Assembly: GCA_964016885.1 (NCBI GenBank)
Contig: OZ024740.1
Location: forward strand, 10,540,001 to 10,604,000
DNA length: 64,000 nt
Direction of reading: 5' to 3'
DNA from: Eledone cirrhosa
Taxonomy: Eukaryota
The translations under genes and the position numbers were made by a program. Shown here piece after piece: positions 55,255 to 64,000 of this stretch (the first letter of the stretch is position 1; every line of letters begins with the position of its first letter). The notes under the pieces were generated by a model that saw nothing but the letters and a program-made list of their open reading frames with translations, searched no databases and was not told the DNA's origin.

Positions 55255-55530
55255 TCACTGTAAAGTGATGGTGGAGGTGTCACGACAAAAAGCACCCAGC
55301 CCACACTGTAAAGTGGTCGTGTAGGCGCCACGGTAAAAAAGCACCCAGTACTCACTGTAAATGAGGTTGGTGTTAGGAAGGGCATCCAGCTGTAGAAATC
55401 AAGCCAGAATCAGTCCTGTATGAGTAAGTCATGGTCATCTGACTTGGCATTGCCCACAACAGGACAACCCATCTAACCTATGATAGCATGGAAACATTGA
55501 CGTAAAACGGTGATGATGATGATGATGATA
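55255..55530 (+). mobile_element. SINE family 2, 3' part with (GAT)n tail
   Basis: AAAGCACCCAG..CACTGTAAA..GGTGTTAGGAAGGGCATCCAGCTGTAGAAA..GACGTAAAA..GATGATGAT shared with 63119-63553. Confidence 0.8.
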
Positions 55531-56140
55531 TACACACACATACACACAGTTCGTGTTAGGAAGGTCATTGATGATTGTAACTGATATCTGATGTTTCTAT
55601 CCCTACCTTCCCAACCATTACTCTGTAAACCACCATTTTGTAGATTCCATTTATGAAATTTTGAACACAAACACCCTAGAAGGGATATATAGTAACTGTA
55701 GTATCATCATTTAACGTGTTTTCCCTGCTACCAAGAGTCGGATGTTGGACATCTGATCACTGACCAGTCTGTACTCAAGCAGAGCTTTTGTCTTCCATGT
55801 TAGTTCGGACCCCTGCTTAGAATCTCGTTCTCTACCGAGTGTAATTTATCATGACGCCAACACTATGGAAGTTGTCATTCTTTGACATAATTGAAGAGTC
55901 TTCCTGACCCCTTTGATTGGCAGGTTTTTTCTGGCTGCATACCCTTCTTATCACCAACCACTTTACAGAGTCTACTGAGTGATCATAAAATAAATATCAT
56001 CAAGTGATGCATGGAACTTTTATGTGATTATTCTTTTCAGTTTCTGGGTGTTAATAAAAAAATTCCCAAATAAATCATTCGAAATTTGACAAAAAATTAG
56101 GTACCTTTTACTTTTATATTATTCTCGTTCATTTTATAAA

Positions 56141-57877
56141 CAGTAAGTCCCTGCCTTACAAACATCCTACTTACGAACGTCTGCAGATATTAAGAGCCTC
56201 ATAAAAAAAAAAAGAATTTTGTCTGAGTTTGAAATTTGGGTCTTTCAGGCTTGGGTTCCTTCAATCGTGCCTACAGTATGGGATACCATTCAGGTTTCGC
56301 AGAATTGAAAAGGTACTTTTTTTCTTCAACAGTTTATTGTCATTAACTTTACAGTATTTAAATTCATTATTACATGTTATATATACCTCTATATACTGTA
56401 TATATACCTCTATATACTGTATATATACCTCTATATACTGTATATATACATCTATATACTATATATATACCTCTATATACTGTATATATACCTCTATATA
56501 CTGTATATATACCTCTATATACTATATATATACCTCTATATACTGTATATATACCTCTATATACTGTATATATACCTCTATATACTGTATATATACCTCT
56601 ATATACTATATATATACCTCTATATACTGTATATATACCTCTATATACTGTATATATACATCTATATACTGTATATATACCTCTATATACTGTATATATA
56701 CCTCTATATACTGTATATATACCTCTATATACTGTATATATACCGCTACATACTGTATATATACCTCTATATACTATATATATACCTCTATATACTGTAT
56801 ATATACCTCTATATACTGTATATATACCTCTATATACTGTATATATACCTCTATATACTGTATATATACCTCTATATACTGTATATATACCTCTATATAC
56901 TGTATATATACCTCTATATACTATATATATACCTCTATATACTGTATATATACCTCTATATACTGTATATATACCTCTATATACTGTATATATACCTCTA
57001 TATACTATATATATACATCTATATACTGTATATATACTGTATATATACCTCTATATACTGTATATATACATCTATATACTGTATATACACCTCTATATAC
57101 TGTATATATACCTCTATATACTGTATATATACCGCTACATACTGTATATATACCTCTATATTACATGTTATATATACTGCTACATACTGTGTATATATAC
57201 CTCTATATACTGTATATATACCTCTATATACTGTATATATACCTCTATATACTGTATATATACCTCTATATACTGTATATATACCGCTACATACTCTATA
57301 TATACCTCTATATTACATGTTATATATACTGCTACATACTGTGTATATATACCTCTATATACTGTATATATACCTCTATATACTGTATATATACCTCTAT
57401 ATACTCTATATATACCTCTATATACTCTATATATACTGTATATATACCGCTACATACTCTATATATACCTCTATATTACATGTTATATATACTGCTACAT
57501 ACTGTGTATATATACCTCTATATACTGTATATATATATATCTGTATTATGTTATATATACCTCTATATACTCTCTGTCTCTCTCTATATATATTACATGT
57601 TATATATACCTCTAAATATGATATACATACGTCTATATTACATGTTATATATACCTCTATATACTGTATATATATATGTATATTACATGTTATATATATC
57701 TCTCTATACTGTATATATACCTCTATATGCTGTATATATATCACTCATATGGAAACCTGCAATATCAATGCAACATAAATAGGCTTACTAGTATGTACTG
57801 TGTTAGACGATCAACTTACAAACAAATCAACTAATGTCCCCTTGGAACGTAACTCGTTCGTAAGTTGGGAACTTGTA
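56141..57877. mobile_element. pogo/Tigger-like MITE containing the 21-bp minisatellite
   Basis: Left CAGTAAGTCCCTGCCTTACAAAC..CTTACGAAC; right GTTCGTAAGTTGGGAACTTGTA; imperfect inverted termini. Confidence 0.5.
56375..57740. repeat. 21-bp minisatellite CCTCTATATACTGTATATATA, degenerating 3'-ward
   Basis: Visible periodicity (YTSIYCI repeat in the ORF track). Confidence 0.95.
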
Positions 57878-58059
57878 CTAATATTGAAAGATCACTAATA
57901 ATAAAAATAATAATAATCATTATTATTTTTGCAGCCCATGCTGACATTTAAGATGGAAGAATGATGATTATTATAAAATTTTACTTAAATTTAAGTGAGG
58001 TATGGTTGACGTCATGAAGGACATCTGGCCGTAGAAATTTGCCATAGACATTAATTTAG

Positions 58060-58393
58060 GCACATGGCTTAGTGGTTAGAGCATTGACCTTGCAATTGAA
58101 AGGTTGTGAGTTCAATTCTCAGACCGGGTGATGTGTTGTTTCTTTGAGCAAGACACATTATTTCACATTGCTCCAGTTTACTCAGCTGTAGAAAGGAGAT
58201 GATAGGGACTGGGGTCCCTGTCATTCCACTGCAAAGTGGTTGTGGAGGTGCCACGGCAAAATAGCACCCAGTACTCACTGTAAATGAGGTTGGTGTTAGG
58301 AAGGGCATCCAGCTGTAGAAACCAAGCCAGAATCAGTTCCCGTCCCACCCTTGAAAGCAGGGAAAAGCGACGTAAAATGATGATGATGATGAT
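58060..58393 (+). mobile_element. SINE family 2 (tRNA head, CORE-like centre, (GAT)n tail)
   Basis: A-box TGGCTTAGTGGTTAGAGC, B-box GAGTTCAATTC, TTGAGCAAGACAC centre. Confidence 0.85.
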
Positions 58394-58472
58394 TAATGTA
58401 CACATATTTTTTAGTAGAGTACCATTAAGTATTTTTCTTAATAAATAGTAGGGTATTTATTTTGTCTTCCAG

Positions 58473-58608
58473 AACATATATCCAGAATGAGAGAATTATA
58501 GGCGAGATTTTGTTTGGAATTCATCCTGTTCTCCTTGCTTTGAAGAAGAAGAGCCGTGCCTGTCACAAACATGAACTTGATAAATTGTCTGGTTCAAGGC
58601 CTCACCAG
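58473..58608 (+). CDS. MRM1: MRM1-like exon B (SpoU substrate-binding domain), donor mutated
   Basis: Acceptor TTTTGTCTTCCAG|; TYIQNERIIGEILFGIHPVLLALKKKSRACHKHELDKLSGSRPHQ; ends CAG|ATAAAC. Confidence 0.75.
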
Positions 58609-58784
58609 ATAAACTTAGTCTACTGTTAAAGTCTTCTGTCATCATCATTATTATTATCATTATTATCATGAACAAAATAAGCTGCAGAGTTACAGGGAAT
58701 TAATATCAGTTCTCATGTTACAACCATTTCACTGAGGGATATTTAGAAAAATGATATAGCTATATGTGGATAAACTTTAAGTAT

Positions 58785-59580
58785 AAAATACTGCAGCAAT
58801 GCTGGTATAGCCACTGTATCCATCTCTTACTATTATAAGCAAATGAGGGCTCATGCGCTGACTGTCCCATGGTCCCAGCAAACAGAATAGAGAAGGTGTT
58901 TCCCGGGAGGATAAATAATAATAATGTGTACAGTGCTCAGGTGCACTACAACTCATCAAAGGTGCATGTATAGTACATAGAATAATGTACAAATGTCAGG
59001 AAAGTGAACTGTATGAGTCATGAAATACATGTGTGCATGTGTATGGAGGGGTGTAGTGTTGGCGGATTTCAGGAAGCATGGAGGCCTTAAAGGATGCAGT
59101 GTCTCAACAGCTAACAACTGATGCAGGGAGTTTGTTCCATGCTTCAGCAACTCTGAGTGTGAAAAAATGTTTCCGAAAGTCATGGGAGCTGTGCTGTTTT
59201 CTGACTGTGTAAGCATGTCGACGTGTGTTAGACACATGGAAATCAAAAAGGTACTCAGGGTTGTTGTTGGCAAGATGGTTAACAATTTTGTGGGTGTTTA
59301 CCAAGTCAGTTGCCAGGCGTCGGAGCTTCAATGTATCCATACCCAGGGAATCAAGGCGTTCAGAGTATGGTAGATGCCTGATGGAGGGTATTCGCTTGGT
59401 TGCACGTCTCTGAAAGGTTTCCAGGAAGTCAATGTTCTGAGTAAGATAGGGGTTCCAGATGGTGAGAGAGATGCATTGGAAGAGACAGTTCAGCTCACAA
59501 GGGTCACACCTGTGGGTAGCCAACTCTGTGCCGATGGTGGGGAGTAAGGAGGTGGTCCTAGAGCCAAGGACACCAGAAGT
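58785..59580 (+). mobile_element. Dispersed element X, unexpanded copy, split by a CR1 insertion
   Basis: 58785-58911 and 59455-59580 align with the sequences flanking and seeding arrays C and D (39855-39895, 47175-47390). Confidence 0.7.
58912..59457 (-). mobile_element. CR1-clade LINE, 5'-truncated, (ATT)n tail
   Basis: WNPYL..LETFQRRATKRIP..LPYSERL..LKLRRL..HFFTLRVAEAWNKLP, typical CR1 ORF2 C-terminus. Confidence 0.85.
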
Positions 59581-59850
59581 CTCTACATTTCACTGAACCC
59601 AACTAATATTTTAGACAAAGACATAAATATCACAACTTTGACATTTCCACCTGCTAAAGCAATGGCCCATATGTGGTGTGCTTTTAGTATATTTATGGTT
59701 TTAGCTTGTAGTACCAATAATATGCTGGAGTTTATTCAATCAAAGATACTACCCATTACAAGAAAAGAAAAATAGAAATTGAATTTGTTGTTAAATAAGA
59801 AAGAAATATATATTTATTTATCATCAGAACCTTTATATTAATAAGTAATA

Positions 59851-60175
59851 ATTGGCAGAGTCGTTAGAATATCAGATAGAATGCCTTGTGGTATTCATTC
59901 CGGCTCTCAGCTCTCTGAGTTCAAATCCCGCCGAGGTCAACTTTGCCTTTCATCCATTTTAGGTCAATAATAAAGTACCAGTCAAGTACTGGGGGTTGAT
60001 TTTTCCTCTATATATCTATCTGACTCCTGTTCTCTCACTTTCTATCCTTCTCTGGAAGAAATCTGTTGTATTCACACCTGGAGCGATGTTGGGCTCCGCC
60101 AGGTTTTTAAAAAATGCACTAGAAATGTTGTATGTAAATATGGGGCCCTACCACAACTACAGGAGTTATGGGACC
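59851..60175 (+). mobile_element. SINE family 1 variant with extended 3' module
   Basis: TTGGCAGAGTCGTTAGA head, GAGTTCAAATCCCGCCGAGG, centre, CT linker and 3' module. Confidence 0.8.
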
Positions 60176-60316
60176 ATACATACATATTAATAGTTGCCCT
60201 TGTTTTCCTCCTTTTTTTGTTTTGCTTTTTTGCCTCTTATTTTGTGTCTAGTAATAAATAGTTAAAAACATATTCACTTTTCTTCATATTTTTCTTTAAT
60301 TTCTCTTTCCTTCTAG

Positions 60317-60375
60317 GGTGTATGTTTGGATGTGTCTTACCTTAAGATGGAAGAACTGAAGCCAGCAACATTCAG
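60317..60375 (+). CDS. MRM1: MRM1-like exon C
   Basis: Long polypyrimidine tract + TAG|; GVCLDVSYLKMEELKPATF; donor CAG|GTGCAT; phase 0 in, phase 2 out. Confidence 0.75.
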
Positions 60376-60446
60376 GTGCATTAATTCAATCCATACATTT
60401 TTATTGATATGTTTACTGACACATATTATTTTTCTATTATAATTCT

Positions 60447-61508
60447 CTTAGTCTAAGTCTTAGTTCCTCCAGTCCCTTGTGGAACATTGGGCGACGAGCT
60501 TCCTCCACTTGATCCTGTCACTGGTGGCCCTTCTAGCACCTCTCCAGGTAATTCCCATCTCCTGCAGGTCCTCCCTGAATGTGCTCCGCCATGTTTTTCG
60601 TGGTCTTCCCCGTTCTCTCCTGCCACCCTCTGGTACCCAATCCATGGCAATATGAGCAGGTCGATCTGCCGGCAAACGAAGGATGTGGCCCGCGAACCGT
60701 CGTCTCCTTTTCCGGACAATGTCCCTTAACCTCTCCAATCCTGACCTCCTCATCACTTCCTCGTTGCTAACTTGGTCTCTCCATGAAATTTTCAATATGG
60801 TCCGAATGCAACTACAATGGACATGTAAACACGGAATTTGACGGCGTTGACGATGGAACACCTGGACCATACCGGACGGAGTCGCTGGAAGACCGCCGCT
60901 GCTTTTCCCAGCCTTGTGCGCACATCCACCTCAGCATCCCTATCGTCAGAGATGTTGCTGCCAAGGTATTGGAAGTGGTTTACACATTCAATGTTACGCT
61001 GACCAACCATGATGGGAGGATTTGGAGGGTCACCTGTCGACATGGTCTTGGTTTTTTCACAACTGATGCGCAGGCCAACTTTCTCTGCATTGTCATTTAG
61101 AATGTTTGTCATCTCTTGCAGGTCTTCTCGGGAATGGCCTATCACTGCGATGTCATCGGCAAAGTCCAGGTCACTTAATCTCCTTCCATCCCAACTGATG
61201 CCAAAACGAGGGTCACTCATTGTCTTCATGATGAAATCGATGACAATGAGGAAAAGGAAAGGCGAAAGGATGCAGCCTTGTCGAACACCCATCAAGATGT
61301 CAAACATTTCCGTGTTTCCTTCCTTTGTCCTAACGCAGCACCTGGAATGTTGGTACAGCGACCTGAAGATATTAATATATTTCTCTGTGACACCGTAGAG
61401 TCTTACAATCTTCTGCAATGACTCCCGATGAACACTGTCGAAAGCTTTCCTGAAGTCAATGTAGTTGACAACAAGGGACCTGTGGAACTCCCGACAATTC
61501 TCACTCAC
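60447..61508 (-). mobile_element. RTE-clade LINE, 5'-truncated RT fragment with internal deletion/frameshift
   Basis: YIDFRKAFD, GVRQGCILSP, LDFADD, YLGS then GHILR..GRPRKTW in another frame; short tandem-repeat tail (CTTAGT-like) at ~60447-60462. Confidence 0.88.
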
Positions 61509-61799
61509 CTATAATTTAATCTACTGGGCGCTTTAGGCACAGTATGTCACCGATAGAGTAATCTCCCCCTTAATACATAGTGCAGTGTCAAGGGAAGCAA
61601 TTCATTAAAAAGATTCAGCATGCTAAATGTTAATTAGCTACCTTACAGAACCATTTTAACGTAGTCTATTTGACATACATCAATTTACAAAGGAATTACA
61701 TTTTCTAGGTGAAATATAAGCTCAAAAGCTCAATGCCACAGAACAGAGCTTTTCTATAACCAAAGGCTCTTTCAAGGAAATAATTAAGTATACATGTGC

Positions 61800-62110
61800 A
61801 GGTGGCGAATTGGCAGTCATTAGAATGCTTTATGGTGTTCATTCCAGCTCTCTGCTCTCAGAGTTCAAATCCCGCCGAGGTCAACTTTGCCTTTCATCCT
61901 TTCGAGGTCAATAAAAAAAAGTACCAGTCTAGTACTGGGGTCGATTCTTCCTCTATATCTCTTTCTCATTTCCTCTCTCTCACTTTCTATCTTTCTCTGG
62001 AGGAAATCTGCTGTACTCAGGCCTGGAGAGGGATGGGCTCTGCCGGGCTTAAAATGTTCAAGAAATGCTGTATGTCAATATGGCGCCCCTACGACTCTAT
62101 CAGGAGTGAC
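61800..62110 (+). mobile_element. SINE family 1 variant with extended 3' module
   Basis: Same architecture as 59851-60175. Confidence 0.8.
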
Positions 62111-62204
62111 GAGACTAAACTTACAAACACACAAACTAAAAAGAATAAAGCAATTGACTTTTATATTACAGTTAATAATTTAAACCTTTTATATTACAGT
62201 TAAT

Positions 62205-62390
62205 CATTTAAACCGGCTGTATCCGGCCAGAATTCTCTCACCTCTTTCTCTTCAAACCAGCTGTAACTCGCCGCTCATACTTATGTTAAGGTATTTTTCT
62301 CAAAATAAATAGTATCAAAATCTCATAGATTTGATATTACATGAGATAAAAATACAATAGTATATATAGAGTAATGTAAATAGTAAAGGC
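62205..62390. mobile_element. piggyBac-like MITE family 1, degraded copy
   Basis: Aligns with 35783-35997 and 62914-63117. Confidence 0.65.
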
Positions 62391-62499
62391 CTTAGATGCA
62401 CTGAAAAATGGGTTTAATGGGAGATCTTTTATACTAAAAATATTGTGGATGGTTATATTATATTTTTATATTTAATTTATTAATATATTTATTATTCAG

Positions 62500-62572
62500 T
62501 CAAGTGTGTGTAGAAGGAATTGAAGAAAAATCGTCCAGTCATCAGTTATGGTTGCTTCTTTACCAAGTTCAG
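62500..62572 (+). CDS. MRM1: MRM1-like exon D (start of the SPOUT domain)
   Basis: Acceptor ATTATTCAG|; (S)QVCVEGIEEKSSSHQLWLLLYQVQ; donor CAG|GTTAGT; phase matches exon C. Confidence 0.75.
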
Positions 62573-62603
62573 GTTAGTTAAGTACTTTCCAACATCATTA
62601 ATC

Positions 62604-62790
62604 GGTGGATTGGCAGTATCAGTAGAGGGTCGGATGCCATGCTTTCCAGCATAGTTACGTCCCTTTACGATCTGAGTTCAAATCCCGCCGAGGTTGACTT
62701 TGCCTTTCATCCTTACGGGGTCGATAAAATAAAGTATCAGTAATGCACTGGGTAATTGCTGGCCTTGTGCCTAAAGTAGAAACAATTATT
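62604..62790 (+). mobile_element. Full-length SINE family 1 with a single (unexpanded) head
   Basis: Nearly identical to the copy at 90-275 but with only one head unit. Confidence 0.88.
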
Positions 62791-62913
62791 TGTTAATATG
62801 TACATCACCTTCCACTTTTTTCCTGAAGCTCCATTGAACCTGTGCTCACCACAGTATCGGTAGTTCCCACTTATACTAACCTTTGCACCCTCACCTCTTT
62901 CACCAGTATTTCT

Positions 62914-63580
62914 TTAACCCTTTAACATTTAAAACGACTGTATCCAGCCAGAATTCTCTCACCTCTTTCTGTCCAAACCAGGTGTAACCAGCCACTCATA
63001 CTTATGTTAAAGTATTCTCAAAATAAATAATATCAAAATCTCATAGATTCAATATGATGTGAGATATTTATGTGAGATAAAGCTTTTACTGTAAAAATAC
63101 AATAGTATATATAAAGTATGGCTTAGTGGTTAGAGCATTGGCCTTGCAATCGAAAGATTGTGAGTTCAATTCTCAGACCGGGTGATGTGTTGTTTCCTTG
63201 AGCAAGACACTTTATTTCACATTGCTCCAGTTTACTCAACTGTAGAAATGAAATGATAGGACTGGGGTCCCTATCATTCCACTGCAAAGTGGTTGTGGAG
63301 GTGCCACGACAAAAAAGCACCCAGTCCACACTGTAAAGTGGACGTGTAGGCACCACGGAAAAAAAGCACCCAGCACTCACTGTAAATGAAGTTGGTGTTA
63401 GGAAGGGCATCCAGCTGTAGAAATCAAGCCAGAATCAGTTCCCGTATGAACAAGACAAGGTCAGCCGACTGGACACTGCCCACAACAGGACAACCCGTCT
63501 AACCCATGCTACCGTGGAAGAACGGACGTAAAATGGTGATTATGATGATGATGAAAGTAATGTAAATGCTAAAGGATTAA
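62914..63580. mobile_element. piggyBac-like MITE family 1 with a nested family 2 SINE (63119-63553)
   Basis: TTAACCCTTTAACATTTA...TAAATGCTAAAGGATTAA termini; SINE flanked by AAAGTA duplication (63113-63118, 63554-63559). Confidence 0.78.
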
Positions 63581-64000
63581 TCAATTTAAACAGTGTAAAC
63601 CATGACACACTGGGCAGGGTATGTAATACTCCTTACAATTAATACAGGAGGCAAAATAAAGGGGAAAACAAGGGCAACTATTAATACGTGGAGCCCCATA
63701 TTGACATACATCGTTTCTTGGGCATTTTTAAAAAGCCTGGCAGAACCCATCTCCTCTCCAGGAATACAGCAGATTGATAGCAAACCTCCTGAAAGCACCT
63801 CTAATTCTAAAATACAAAATTGTTTATTTTAAAGTGTTTATGGCTGAATTGGTAACTAAAGGGTTCATCAAAATTTTTTATTTTTTTATTATTCCTATTT
63901 TAGCAAGTCATTTGGGTATGAAATACTTGGTTCAGCTCTATACAATACATGATATGTAGAGCAAGTCATGAGCTATGTAAAAAATATAATAAGTAACATC

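Larger units (their letters stand above)
52793..62572 (+). pseudogene. MRM1: Mitochondrial rRNA methyltransferase 1 (SpoU/RlmB family) gene, 5' part, probably pseudogenised; continues beyond the window
   Basis: Four phase-compatible exons spell a transit-peptide-like N-terminus then GEILFGIHPVLLAL, LDKLSGSRPHQ|GVCLDVS and QLWLLLYQVQ, matching MRM1/RlmB motifs (FG.hPv..AL; HQGVC..VS; LWL.L..IQ-DP.N). Lesions: frameshift in exon A, shortened substrate-binding domain, AT instead of GT at 58609. Confidence 0.75.

Noticed and set aside
56229-57782. Tyr/Ile-rich ORFs of 400-500 aa, and similar ORFs in (TA)n fields
   Set aside because: Translations of mini- and microsatellites.
58060-58130. tRNA gene candidates here and at other A/B-box sites
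   Set aside because: They continue into SINE bodies and lack a complete cloverleaf.
58609-60316. Minor-spliceosome AT-AC intron explaining the AT donor
   Set aside because: Lacks the ATATCCTT U12 donor consensus and ends in AG.

Overview
Repeat-dominated animal genomic DNA, most likely a coleoid cephalopod such as Octopus (inferred from the tRNA-derived SINE families, the very dense (TA)n/(CA)n tracts and the LINE repertoire). Over half of the window is tandem arrays: an AAC-variable ~36-48 bp array (7.6-14.8 kb), a 45-bp array (14.9-29.3 kb), a ~44-bp CT-rich array (39.9-47.2 kb), a 49-bp array (47.3-50.3 kb) and smaller 45-, 100- and 21-bp arrays. Mobile elements include a near-full-length frameshifted RTE LINE, a 5'-truncated R4/Dong-like element in a (TAA)n tract, a Penelope-like GIY-YIG element with an inverted 5' copy of its 3' end, a solo LTR, a non-autonomous Helitron, MITEs, CR1/RTE fragments, many SINEs and a minimal hammerhead ribozyme. 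The only host gene recognised is absent from the ORF track: four in-phase exons of a mitochondrial rRNA methyltransferase (MRM1/SpoU family) on the + strand from 52.8 kb to past the window end, carrying a frameshift, an apparent internal deletion and a mutated splice donor (probable pseudogene). The main theme is that several satellites can be traced to single-copy seeds inside dispersed elements found elsewhere in the same window. The long low-complexity ORFs are repeat artefacts. All alignments were done by eye.
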